64,000 nucleotides of DNA from contig CM052817.1 in the NCBI GenBank assembly GCA_028534125.1, positions 74,960,001-75,024,000 on the forward strand. Reading direction: 5' to 3'. This DNA is from Lama glama (lineage: Eukaryota). The first letter of the stretch is position 1. Each line of letters starts with the position of its first letter. Shown here in pieces: positions 1 through 13,369 of this stretch. The translations under genes and the position numbers were made by a program. The notes under the pieces were generated by a model, which made no database searches, had not been told where the DNA came from, and was given only the letters and a program-made list of their open reading frames with translations.

Positions 1-2684
1 GCATATACTTTTTATGTATGAAGAAGTAGAATACTATGGTCATAAGACTGCTTAAATTCCTACAGGGAGTTCATCTTAGAGTAGAGATTGGGATGCATAT
101 TTCCCGGCCCCTCATCTTTTTACTATGCTATGCTATTATTCATGTCTACCTCCAAATTGTAGTGTCAGAGAATGCCTTTTCACCTCAAGGACATTTTTAA
201 GTCATAGTAATAAGCAAGAGGCGTTCTAAGGTCCAAATGTTCATCTCTTACTTCTGTTTCCAAAGTTCCATCTCCGATCTGGAGGCCCTTACTTTCTGCA
301 GCAAACCTCGTGCCCCTCCTTGTACCTGTCAGAAAGGTGATCAGCCTGGAATCAAATAAACATCCCTCATTTTCATTACCGCCAACTCCTTAAGTTATTT
401 CAACAAGGCCAATATTAAAAATCCAATTTTCATTCAGTATGCAGCCTTCCGCTGGTTTAAATTGAGAACTCAAATTACTTGCCAGTATGAGGCTCTTCTT
501 TCAGGCTAAATTAGAAAAGGACTCTGAAGAATTCCTTTTTACGTGTTCATAGGTGGCCTCATAGACCAAAATGAAAAAAAAAAAGTCACATTTAGAAGAA
601 ATAACTACTTACTGTTACTTCAATGCATTCTTGAAAATCAATGATGCTGCAGGGTGTTCAGTTGAACAGGTTTCCATGAAGCAGCTATCTGACCTGGCCA
701 GGCTGTACTTAGTTAAACGGAGGGACCCTGGAGGGAGTCATGTATTATCTCTTGAATCTTCTCTCATTTCTGTATTATCCAGGCTGATGCTATTGCCTGT
801 TGCATAGCAAATACGATTCTTTTTTCCAACTTTGGAGCTGCTGTGTTTGTGGGGTACTTTTTACTCCACTGCAGCTCTACCTATTATAAAAATTACTCTT
901 CCTCCAAATCTGCTTATACATCTAAAATTTCCATCATGTTTTTCTCAATTCTTTATTAGGAGAGCATTTCCATCTTATTTTCATTTTACTTCTCTTAGGA
1001 TATTTAGTCATCAACATAGATGAAGGAGATAGAACAAGTTAAAAAACGGAGATACATTCTTCAAGTTTCTAAAGAAAACATATATCTGTAAAATGGGTGA
1101 TAACAGCATCAAAAATTCATAAAATCAGCTCTTAAAGGTGAGAGGTATGTCACCATTCTAATTGTTTGGTGACAGATTTTTCCCATAAGGTAGAAAATAA
1201 TGTCCACCTGCATTTATAAGTAATCTGAATATATAGGAATAACATTATATCCAAGGAAAGCTGTGTAAATGATTCAGTCTTGTAGTTTTTGTAGGTCTAT
1301 TCTTAACTTCCTACATGACAGCAAGGGCTTAGGAAGAAAGAACTTAATCTTATTTTCATATTTCTTTTATAAACAAACACACACAATGCACTGTCCTGAG
1401 TCTAGGCCCTGTATTGGACTGAACTGAACTGAATATACCACTGGATTTCTTAATATACCCAGAGAGAAATATGACTCATTATGGAAGAATTAGGTAAGTG
1501 ATGTTCTTTTTGCCCACTCCAACCATCAAAATCCTGATTTTAATATAAGAGTAATATTTCCCTGGTTCTAGGGGTTTTAAACTTGCATCCTTTTGAAGAG
1601 GATTAAAGGATTTGTTGGAAATGACACTCTATATTGGAAATTATATGTAGCCTATGATACATAAATATCTACAATACATTGTGATAGTCATCTCTGGTTT
1701 TCCTCCACTGATGATAACTTAAGTACTGTGGCTAATGGAATCGTTCTGCTTTGGACTGGATTTCTGTGCTTAGAGGGCCCGGGGATTAATCATTTCCACC
1801 AGAGGCTCTTATTATCCCTTGCCTGCTTTCCCGTTCTGTTCTCCAGTCTCAGAATTCTTCAACTGTCCACAAAACTTAGCGTTTGCTTTGCTAGATGCAA
1901 GAAAGCTGTTTCATTCTGCAACATTCTCCTTCTGTCCCCTCAAGTGAGCATCATATATCTACAGCCTCTTCTGGAGATTCTTTTTTTTTTTTTTTTACTG
2001 GAATACTATGAGCATGAGAGAGGCTTTTTAAAACCTGTTTTAATGGAAAGAATCACTTCCAGCTTAGAATCCGAGTTGAAAACGGATTCCCCAAAGTGCA
2101 GAGACCTGGAGGTCAGGGCTCACATTGTGCAACCCCATTAACTATTCCCTGGGTAGGAGATACACTGGAGTAGCACATACTTCACCCCCTTGATGAAGGC
2201 CTTAGGGAAACATTGCTTCTAAAAGAAAGCAGGCTCTGGGCAAGAATTAAAAGCAGTCTTATAACGTAAGAGCTAGAATTCAGGCTTTTAAGCCTCATTG
2301 CTCTCAGATATATCATCAAAGTGACATTGCTGATAGAGGAAATTTTGTGGTCTGACTATAGTTTTGCAATCAGACTTTTTTTTTTTAACTTAACTCCAGG
2401 CTTAATCAATAGAGTGTTTTGTGGTCTTGCCTCTGTTTGCCTACGCTCCTGCCTCATGGCACATATTTTGCCCTTTGGTTGAGGGTCTCTTACTGGCGCA
2501 GAAAGATTGCTTTCAGGCTTTGGATTTAAATTTGGCTTGCCTTTCTCAGATGAGTCACCTCAGTCCCAGGGCTTGTAACAAGGCATGATTTGCTATCCCC
2601 TCCATTCTGGGCCTAAACCTTGGATCAAGCTGAGAATGTATCTTGTTTATCTCCTACTATAATCACAAAAGATTAGGGAATAAG

Positions 2685-2795
2685 CTTAATGAAAGCAGAG
2701 TCAAGTCTGTTTGTTTACTGCTGTATCACCGATGCCAAGCACAGTTTCTGGTTTGTACTAAGTACTTAAATGCATGTGTGCAAATGAACGGACAG
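2685..2795 (+). mobile_element. L2 LINE 3' end fragment
   Basis: gtctgtttgtttactgctgtatcacc...ccaagcacagtttctgg...taagtacttaaatgcatgtgtgcaaatgaac resembles the L2 3' terminus. Confidence 0.65.
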
Positions 2796-2914
2796 ACTAA
2801 CACATCAATGTCCGTTTTATGATTTATTGAGATATTTAATCATCTGCTCATTTTTGTAAATGTGCTTTCAGGTTGTACATTTATAAATGTAATTTCAGGT
2901 AGAAATTAATAGGT

Positions 2915-3125
2915 AATAAAAAAACTAACCTCTACTGAGCATTTATTAAGCACTGTTGTAAGCAGTATATGCATATTAACTCATTTAATCGTACCAATTG
3001 GGCACATGATACTACTGCTTCATTTTACAGATGATGAAACTGTGGCGCAGAGAGGTTAAGAATATCGCTTAAAGTAAAACAGCTGGTGTAAGGCAAAGGC
3101 TAGATTTAATCATAGATGGTCTTGC
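2915..3125 (-). mobile_element. MIR SINE
   Basis: MIR core in reverse: actcatttaatc...cattttacagatgatgaaactgtggcgcagagaggttaag. Confidence 0.85.
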
Positions 3126-3147
3126 TTTAGATCCCTTGTAGAATCTC

Positions 3148-3350
3148 TGGATTATGAATCCTGGTTTGTTCAGCACTGGTGTGTGACCATTTGGATTTTT
3201 ATTTATTTATTAATTCCATCATCTGTAAAATGGGACTAATATTTGCATTTACTCAATAGTTCCTCGTGAGCAATAATTGAGATGTTATATAGAAAGTGCT
3301 TAGAATTGCTTCCAGGCACAAAGAAAGTGCTCAATAAAGATGATTAATAT
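3148..3350 (+). mobile_element. MIR SINE
   Basis: catctgtaaaatggg core and ...aagtgcttagaa...ggcacaaagaaagtgctcaataaa 3' end. Confidence 0.8.
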
Positions 3351-4659
3351 TATGATAAATTAAAACCTTTATCACAAATGTTATCTGGATGTGCATTCAT
3401 TTAACTAAACTTACTGGATACCTGACATTCTCAAATGGAGAAGATTTAAAGCCTAAGAAAAAACACAGAAGGACAGACTTATCAAAGGTCCTAGCTTGTT
3501 CACAGAATGGTAAAACATTCTGAGTGTTCTTTCTGTTCTTTTCTTGCTAAGAAGTTGGAAGTTATTTTTTAGGCACTTGGTAACCATAGAGGCTTTCCAG
3601 GAAGATTATTCTGAAATATGGGCTGCAGTAGGGGAAAAAAAATCATAGTAAGGACAGGAAGTGTATAATACCTCATAGTCTCAATGAGATATTTAGTAAG
3701 CCTGAAATTGACATGTTTGGAAGTCCCTTGGTGAAAGTGATCAATTAAAAGACCTATACTTATCAATCCTCACTTTGCCAATTTTAGTTTGTGTCAACAT
3801 TGCCATCTTTCTAGAATATATTCAAAATCTGTAATTAATATACGCTTCTGACTTTTTTTTTATCAGCAGTCACTAACATCTGTTATTCCATGTTGGAATG
3901 TAATAGAATATAAAAGTATGTTTTAAAATACTAAATCTTATAATTGTTTAAAAGCTATGTTTATCAATTCAATTTGCTCTAAAATATCATGGCAGCTAGA
4001 TCATCTGGTATTAAATGGGAATTGGTTTGACTATTATGCCAAATCAAAAGAATGATAAAATTAGGGTAAAGTTAACTGATATAAATTACAGACAATGTAG
4101 GGAAACCAAGTATCTTCATTTTAACATTTTACCTGATTTCCCAAGAATTTAATCTTTCATTTCTCTTATATATTGCCTCATGGGGATATGACTTCTTAGA
4201 AGTCTGCTAAGAAATCAGATATTTCCCTAATCAACTCATGATGATAAATCACAAAGATACAAAGGATATTAAGATGTTGTAGCCCTTCTACGTATGCAGT
4301 GAGAACTTTGTTTAAACACAGTTCCAAGTGGCTTGCTAATCATTTTAAAAAGAAAGCAAAGTAAAACAAAACAGTCCCCAGATTCCTTGAAGCAGAAACT
4401 TAAAAATCTGTCTTCATTATCCAAAGACTTGGTATGATATTAATTTTTATGCAAATATTCTTCCGCTTCTGAAAGATTTTTCTGCATCCATGTGTTCAAA
4501 TCCTATTTATCTCTCAGGATCTACATCTTTCCTGAAGATTTCATTGAAATCCTCCACCCATCATAATATTTGATTTTCTCCTTAAAGCAGTCATTTTTAT
4601 TTTCCCTGTCAATTATTCATTTCCTTTGTACTGGTAACAGCACCTTAATTTTCCTCCAT

Positions 4660-5010
4660 TGTATGAGGTCTTAGTGAGATTCTTAATGCCTGCTCAGCTT
4701 TACCTAAGAAGTGAGCACGCACTCAAACTAGACTAATCAGGCTGTCTTTTCCAGGATTTTAATTATTCAGTGGAGTGATCTATAGACAGATGGTTAGATC
4801 TGATTGATTTATTAAAGAGTTGCTGTAGAAAGTATGGCCATTACTTTCCCCCACCTAGACTATCAGTCATGCTCCCCGTTTTGAAAACTGTTTTTTCACT
4901 CCCCCCAACTTTTTAATAAAACGTGAATTATCATATAGCTTCCAACCAACTGACTTTGCCTAAGATAACCAGAGTCTGATCCTGTTTGATTACCAAAAAA
5001 CAAGTGTGTA
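4660..5010 (+). mobile_element. Old ERVL/MaLR solo LTR (LTR33/MLT1J-K-like)
   Basis: The terminal segment taagataaccagagtctgatcctgtttgattaccaaa resembles these LTR ends. Heavily diverged. Confidence 0.4.
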
Positions 5011-8000
5011 TATTAGGTAACTTTTACTGGAGCCCCATATTAGAATTTCGTTACATCTTTACAAGTGTTTTCACTAGCTATTTTTTCACTAGTGTGTTAG
5101 TCTTGACTGTATATAATATCGTAAACTCCTTCAGGGTTGAAATCATGTAGCATATTTTATTTTTACAGCATCCAGCAACATAGCATTGGTCAGTACTTAA
5201 TAGTAATGTTTAAAATGTGTCCAGTTTTCATTAACGGTTTACAATTTTCAATTTGCTTCATAAAATCAATTTGCTTTTATATTCATTGTGTGTACTTCCT
5301 AAGACACATATTATTACTATCCTTAAAGACAGCATTGTCAACAGGAAAGAGCATGGGCAGAGAGAGGTTTGAATCCTGCTCCAACATTTAGGGGCTTTCG
5401 TCATGCAATGTCTCTATGGTCTGCTCCTCTTCTGTTCAAGAACAAATAGATAACTTCTAACTTAAATTGTGAGGTTACTATATTATGATGTAAAGGGAGT
5501 TATAGAATTGATACTAGGATTTAATAAATATTAATTATTTTATAATAATTTTATAAATAAAGTGAAGCACAAAATGTTTAAGTGGATTTTGCCTGTTCCC
5601 ATGGTCAGTAAGTGGCTGAATGAGGAGGAGACTCGGATCTGTGTGTCCCTAGACTACTGGGTGGCCTGTTACAGCAATGACCTTCTTTCTCCTTACTTAT
5701 TGACCAATGGCTGTCTTTACTTCTCAAAATTAAATAAATGTCCTGCCCTTTGCTTATCTATATGGATCTAATCTCCTAAATTCTAATAGTTTAAATTAAG
5801 TAGCCAAAAATAAAATAATTCAAGTTTAAAATATAAACAGTGAGGCAAACATCAATCACTTGTACTAATGCAACGCCACAGCCCATTAAAACAAACACAA
5901 ATAATTAGAGGTGTTTTATCATGATCACCCTTCAATATTAATACATGTTTTGGCTTTAAATTTGTATTACTTATTAATTATGAAAACAATAACGATAAAA
6001 GGATTTTCAGTGGAGATCTAGAAAAAGAGTCTTCCAAATAGGACAGTTCAGTTTTCATTCCTTTGGGAGGTAAAAGGCCTTTGCCAACTGCTTTTGCGGC
6101 TGACCCTTGGTAATACTCTATTCCCCAGCCCCTAAGCTTCGAGTGCATTACACGCGCTGAGTACAACAGGAGGCTTTCTGAGCTGTGGCAGACAAACCGC
6201 ATGGCTATCTGTCATCCTGTAAACTAAACTGGCCTTGAGCATGGAGTTGGTATAAATGTATCTTCATCTTGCTGCTCGTCACACTAACTGCCCCTTCTCA
6301 GTCACCCCCAAATCACAGTACCATTTGAACCTGTAATAGGAAGTTATTTTACTATAACAGTTGTATTAGTTTGGTGAGTTATATATGACATGTATGGTAT
6401 TTCCTCAGTACTTAATGTTTCATCCTTTTCAGGACTAATCCGGCAAAGAATCCCTAGGATTGTCTCTAAATTGGTGATAGGAGAAAAAGTGAAAAATAGT
6501 TTAACCTCTTTCATAGGAAAATTAAGCTGTAACTAACTTAATTTGCAGGTGATCAAACTGAAATATAGTTGAATTGACAAGGTTGAATATTTTTCAGTCT
6601 TACCATAATGGGGGAATTTTCCTTCTAATTTTAACAAGGACTTGATTCTTTAATTTTAAATTGTTTATACTTAATTTAATTGCTAAAATTTAATACTTAA
6701 AAGTTTTATTACTAACTCTATGAACATTTATTGAATACCTATTATATGTTTGGTGCTACATTGCCTAAAAAGAATAATAATTCATTTATCACTTTTTCTA
6801 TTCATTTTTCACTAAATATTTGTTGACTATTTCCAGAACTAGGGAGTGACCTAGCGCTTAGTATGTTTTTTCTAGGGTTTCTGACCCAGAAGGGAATCTC
6901 TGAGTTGGCCTTAAGAATAGCCTCAAAGATATGATAAACTCTTATAGATCTTTATGGATGGACGAGATGGGGACATTTTCACTATACAATTTTCGTCATA
7001 CACACATCAAATGTAATATATTTCAAGACAGCATAATAAAAACTATTATGTCATAAATATACTATTTGTCTTTTCCTTATTGCCATATGGTTACCAATGA
7101 CTTTTATTCATAGCCTGTTATGATGAGTTGATTTTGTAGTTCTCTTTTGAGTAAATTCATGGACTATCTAAGTCTAGCTCCATAAATTCAATATTTTAGA
7201 AGATTTTTCTTTTACCTACACTCATAGTTTACTCAAGATTTCTTCCAGATTTCAACTAAAATTTTAGATGGTAATCTTATGTAGAAGTTGTTGCATTTGC
7301 CTCAACTTCATTTATCTTCTATATTTATTTGGCAATAGTATGTGGCAGTGACATTATGTGATTGTCTTTGAAAGACACAGGCACGGCTTTATAGGATTTA
7401 CAAATAGCTTACTTTATGATATTGGACCAAAAAATATCACACACATACTATAGTTAACACAGCGGATTGCCATTGCTCTTGCCTAAAGCAATCACACACA
7501 CTTGCACTCACTCGTGTGGTTGTCAGACGGCACACTGTGTTTTCTGAGGTTGATACAATCTGCCTATTAGCCCTCCCATAAACTGCAGAGCTTCAAATGT
7601 TTTGAGATGAGGTCACAGCAATTTCCCTGATCTTTCAGTGCTTTACTAAATAATTTACTAGAGTAACCTTCCAAGAAGTATTTCTGGGGGAAAAAAACTG
7701 CTCATAAAACTCACTGAATTAACCACTCACTTGCTTCTGAAATAGCTATTCTGGACAAATGAGTCATTGATATATAGGACAGTGTCGGTAATGTGCTGTG
7801 CTCTCTTTAAAATTTTGAGAACGAGTTCATTGAAAATAGGTAATTAAACAAGAGAGGGAACTGAATTGGAGAAGACTTTTGCAGTTGGACTGTCATCTCC
7901 AAAATCATTTGTTAAAATATCTGTATGGATACCAAACTAGTATTAACTCTTCAAGAAATAGTTCTGTTGTATGCTCTTTCTGTCTTCCTTTCACCCTGTC

Positions 8001-8109
8001 AGATGACGATTACTCTTTTGTGTCACATTATACTAGGGTACTTTATACTTTCACTTTTAAAGTGAATACAAGTTATAGAGTCTCAGCTTCGTGATTCTTA
8101 ACAGATATC

Positions 8110-9434
8110 AACAAGCAAGAAGCATACATGTTAAGAATCTGTTGAGAAGTGGAAAATTGCAGGAACAGACATCATAACAATGTAAATTCTTCCAATCCAA
8201 GAACTTGTATATTCCTACTTTTTTTAGGTCTTTAATTTCTCTAAGTGATGTTTGGTGGTTTTCAGTGTAAAATGTTTTGCATATTTGCATGGTTCTTTGC
8301 TATAATGTTCTATAGATACCAATTAGGTCACTTTTGTTGCTAGCATTATTCAAGTCTTCTGCATCTTTGCTAAATTTTTATTACTTTTTCTGTCAAGTAC
8401 TGAAAGAGGAGTCTTAAAAATCTCCATCCATGATTATGGATTTGTCTGTTTTATCATTATTTTAATAATACAGCCATTATGTATTTTGTAACTTCATTAT
8501 CAGTTGTGTACATGTTTAGGATTAGTATGTCTTTTTCTTGATGGATTGGCCCTCTCATTATTATGAAAATCACTGTTTATATCTGGTGGCACTATTTATG
8601 CTGAATTTTATTGTCTGCTATTAATCTATACATACTGGCTTTCTTTGCTTTATGCTTTCATGTCTCTATTTTTTCTACCTTTTCACTTTTACTCTTGATA
8701 GTTAAAATGCGTTTCCTATAAATAGCATAGAGTCGGAGCTTGCATCAATGTTATATTCTGTCTTTTAACTGGAGTCTGAATCACTTAAATTTAAATAATT
8801 ACTGATACGGCTATGTTTTACATCAACCATCCCAGTGTTTATTTTCGGTGTGTCTCATATTTTTTTTTGTCCTTTATTCTTCCATTTAAGCATTCTTTTG
8901 GGTAAATGGAACATTTCATGATCTAGTCATTCCCCTCTTTCGACTTTTTAGCTATAGTAATTTTTAAATGCTATAAATATTATAATCTGTATCTTTAAGG
9001 CATTACAGTATATATTCAAATAATATACTACTTCACTGACAATGTAAGGGCCTTACAATACCACAATCCTGTAATTATTTTCTCTGTGCTCTTGGCATAT
9101 ATTTTACTGATACATATGCTGTGAATTCCAAAATACATCGCTATTTCTGTCACTTCAAACAGTTAATAGTCTTTTAAAAAATTAAATTCTGTATGTATAG
9201 AACATAAAGACATCAATAATATTAATCTCTTATTGGTGTTCTTCATTGCTTCCTGCAGATACTGGCTTTTATGTGGCATTATTTCACTTCAGATTTAAGA
9301 ACATCTTTTTACCACTTCTCATAGGTTATATGTATTGAAAACAAATCCTTTCAATTTTCATTTTATCTCAAATGTTATTTCACCTTGATTTTCGAAGAAT
9401 TTATTTAGAAGGTACAGAACTTTAAGTCTCAGAT
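8110..9434 (-). mobile_element. Old L1 (L1M-type): ORF2 fragments and inter-ORF region, internally deleted
   Basis: The minus-strand translation at 8108-8290 (KTFYTENHQTSLREIKDLKK...) resembles the L1 ORF2p DLYxENYKTLLKEIKEDxNKW segment. The adjacent T-rich sequence resembles the reverse of the endonuclease-coding start of ORF2. Confidence 0.8.
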
Positions 9435-10729
9435 TGTTATGGACTACATGTTTGTATCCCCCTAAATTCATATGTTGAAGCCGTAACCCCCAGTGTGTGG
9501 TATTTGGACATATGTCCTTTGGGAGGTCGTTAGAGTTAGATTAGGTAATAACTGTGGGGCCTTCATGATGGAATTAGTGGAAAGAGGTATCTCTCTGTAT
9601 TTCTACATTCAGGAAAAGGCATGTGAAGATGTAGCAAGAAGTCAGCTCTCTTAAATCCAGGGAAAAAATCAGCTAGCAGTTTGATCTTAGAGTTTCCAGC
9701 TTTCAAGACTGTGAGAAATAAATCTGATGCTTAATCCACCATCTATAGTGCTTTGCTAGGGCAGCTTGAACAAACAAATGCAGATTTTTTACTGAGAAGT
9801 AGGGTGCTACTGTAACAAAAACTTTAAAGTATAGAGGCAATTTTGGAACTGGGTAATGGGTAGAAACTGGAGGATTTTTCAGATACATACTAGAAACATG
9901 GACAGTCTGGTGAAATCTTTTGCATGTGGATATTCGTTTTTTCCAAGACAATTTATTTCAGAGACTGTATAGAGGATTATTCTTGAGCATAAGATCTGAT
10001 GAAATTTGCCTTGCTAGGTTTTGGACTGGACTTATTTGGGACCTGTCACCCTTTCCTTCTTAGCTATTTCTCCCTTTTGGAATGGGAATGTCTACTTATG
10101 CCTGCCCCAACATTGTGTTTTCAAAACACTTCTCCAGTTTTACAAGTTCACAGCTGGACAGGAATTCTGCCTTAAGATGAGCTGTATCGCAAGTCTCACT
10201 ATGTCTGACTTAGATGACATTTAGATAAAACTTTGACTTCAGACTTTATGCTGGAATGAGTTAAGATTTGGAGAGCTGTTGGGATAGAATGAACGTATTT
10301 TGCACGTGAGAAGGACATGAACTCTGGGAAGCCAGAGGAAGAGTGGACTGAATGTTTGTGTCCCTCAAAATTCATATGTTGAAGCCTTCATCCTCAACAT
10401 TACATTTGGAGATGTGGCCTTTAGGAGGTAATACAGGTTAGAGAAGGCCATGAAGGTGGGGCTGTCACATGGGATTAGTGGCTTTATAATAAGAGGAAGA
10501 GAGAGAAAGATCACTCTCTCTGCATACAGGCACCTAGGAAAGGCTGTGTGAGGACACAGCAAGGAGACAGCCATCTGCAAGCCAGGAAGAAAGGTCTCAC
10601 CAGGAAGTGAATCAACCTTCACCTGGATTTTGGACTTCGCAGTTTCCAGAACTGTGAGAAATAAATTTCTGTTGGATTAGCCACCCAACTTATGGTAATT
10701 TGTTATGGTGGCTCAAGTAGACTAATACA
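9435..10729 (+). mobile_element. MaLR (MLT1A-like) provirus with both LTRs (9435-9782 and about 10340-10729) and a shortened internal region
   Basis: Two related LTRs share atgtttgt...aaattcatatgttgaagcc and actgtgagaaataaat. Termini TG...CA. The internal region starts ...gaagtagggtgctactgtaac...ggaactgggtaatgggtaga. Flanked by cagat (9430-9434) and caggt (10730-10734), a 4/5 match target-site duplication. Confidence 0.88.
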
Positions 10730-11110
10730 CAGGTTTTATTTTTCTCTTTAGGCATTTTAAAGATGTCTTTCAATGTCTTCAAGCCTTTTATTTCTGGTAA
10801 GTCAGCCATGATTTGTATAGTTGCTCCCCTATATGTATGCTTCTTTTGGATTTTCTCCTTTACTTTGGTTTTCTGTAGCTTGGACATAATGTGCCTAAGT
10901 GAGATTTTTTTCCGTTCTTTCTTTCTTTTTTTGTATTTTTTTCTTGTTTTTTGCCTGATTTCTTGAACATGATGTTAATATCTTTCATCAATTTTGGAAT
11001 ATTCTTGGAATAGTCTCAGCCATTATATCTTAAAATATTTTGCCTTCCTTATTTAGTCTCTTCTTCTGTCACTCCAATTAACATAAGATAGATAGAGCTC
11101 TTGATATCTG
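10730..11110 (-). mobile_element. Continuation of the old L1 (ORF1 remnant) beyond the MaLR insertion
   Basis: ORF 10690-10887 (KLQKTKVKEKI...TYRGATIQIMADL...DIFKMPKEK) resembles the L1 ORF1p C-terminal region. Confidence 0.8.
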
Positions 11111-12444
11111 TAACTTCATTTTGTCAAATGGCTCCCTGTGATTTCGATATCTTAAATGGTTGTCTGAATACAGACTTGGAATTTCAGATGATATAAAAGA
11201 CAGTTTGTATATAAACTCTTCATTCTTTAAAATACAATCTAAATTTCTTTTAAATTGTGCCTAAAAATAAAGCTGCTATGCACTTTGCTCAGTTAAAATA
11301 AGAGATGAAACTTTGCTTAAGAAAACTTAGCAACCATTCAGCAACATTTGATTAAATAAAATGCTGACGTTTATCACTAGCTCAGAATTGGATAATACAA
11401 ACATTGGTAATCAAAGAAGCCTGTGTTGTAGGGTTTTTTTCCCATTGATGATAGTTTAGTTTTCTTATGCAATTTAATTGCAGTGCCTTTCCTTTCCAGC
11501 AGTCACCACAATATGGGGCAACTTGCCACTGACAAGTAAAACACAGAAAAATAACAAAATCATCCATAATATTTACATTCAGTTTGCCTTCAGAAGTTTA
11601 GCAGTCAGACATAACGTGCTTATCTTACCCCACTATATGACTTGTCTGTTGAATAGTTTCTATTCATCTCTGTGTCACGTGTCTACTGGTACCTAAACAA
11701 TTCCCTTAACCTCACTGCACAGCTGTCATGCCACCCTGGTGCTTATCTGATTTCTACACTCTGAGAAAAGTCTTATCACTTATCCCTTCAGATACACCAT
11801 TCAACTCTCTCTCTCTTAACCTTTCATTATACTTCATGCACCATCAAACTTTCTACTTTTATAACAGTTTCCGACCAACACTAAAGCATCACTTTTTTTT
11901 TTCCATGCTGCAATCTCCATGTGTACTTGCTTTTCTACAATGATTGATAGCTTTATGAACTGACATTTCTTGTAAGATCTACTGCTGTCAACTTAGACAC
12001 CCCTTTTCTTAAGTATTTAATGAGTTAGAGAAATAGCAATATCAAGTAATAATAGACAACAAAAATCTATTTCTTTAAGGTCTACTTATCTCCAAATCAT
12101 AAGTAATATAATATCTATAATTTATTTAAAAATATCTTATCTCTCTGAAGAACTGCAGAAGTTACTTTATTTTATATTCCAATATATCTTCCTAAGGCAA
12201 AAGGATTCTATTTCACCTGAAATCCAGCCTCTAATAACAGAAATACAAAATAACATATTTAACTTATAATAGTTACATGGCCCTACAGGAAGAGTGTTGC
12301 AGATACATAGACCAGTTGTTAACTTTTCATGTCTACATTCAAAAACACATAGTTTGTTAATTTTAATAGAAGAATTGTAATAATTCATGAAAGACATTAC
12401 AAACAGGATACATAAATAGCAAAATGAAAAAGAGAGAAAGAGTT

Positions 12445-12535
12445 TCTGTGTCTGTGTCTGTGTGTGCGTTTGTGTGTGTATGTCTGTGTGTGTGTGTGTG
12501 TGTCTGTGTGTGTGTCTGTGCCTCTGTGTGTGTGC
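12445..12535. repeat. Imperfect (TG)n / (TCTGTG)n microsatellite
   Basis: Seen directly in the sequence. Confidence 0.92.
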
Positions 12536-13369
12536 CTATGCCAGAGCCGAAGTGGATGGAGAAGTGAAAGGAGGATTTAATGACCACCTAAAATGAGTAC
12601 TAGAGTCTTAGGCCTAATCCATCATTTCAGAAAACAAAATAAACCAAAAAAATACAAACCAATAAGGAGGCAACAATTGATTCTAACCGTCAGTGCTATC
12701 ATCATAAAACAAATGATAATTTATCAATTTTACAATCTAGATATTATGCCTGTTAAAGCCAGGTATTCCTGAGGCCATTTTTTACAACCAGAAAAACATC
12801 TTGTTTTAATGTTTATCACTGATATATGGGAGCTTTCACTTATAAATGGCTGGGTTATCTGATGGGAAATTGAACCGGCATCTTAAATTTTCACAACCTG
12901 ATGTTATGGCTCAATGTCACTCTAAATCAATGCTGTTATTATTTGATGGTTACAAAATAAAACTATCATCCCAACACCATAGTTTAAGTGACCTCACTTG
13001 CTTTTTTTTCTTACTGGAATTTCTTCACCCAAATAAGTAAAATAAATATTTTCTATTGGAGTAAGTGCTTGCTCTATGGTTCTTAAGATAAAGAATATAA
13101 CTTAAAATAAATTATAATTCCTGTAATGTAAAGGTTGATGTAAATATCTTCTCAACACTGTAACTGATTTTGCTGACTATGCTAACTTTGCCAAGTGATC
13201 AAGCACTTCATGAATAACTCAATTAACAGAATTTTCTACCTCTAACTTGTGACTTTTCTTTTTGCCTTTTATAAACTGTACTTAAATGTATAAAGAATAC
13301 AAAAAAAATCCCTCTCTGGAAAAAAAGACACCAAAATTTTCTTGCTCCCTCAGTATTATTCCATCTGCC

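Noticed and set aside
1728..2141. 137-aa ORF, the longest outside NDST4 and the gaps
   Set aside because: Starts at GTG, crosses a poly-T run, is antisense to the gene and resembles no protein family I know.
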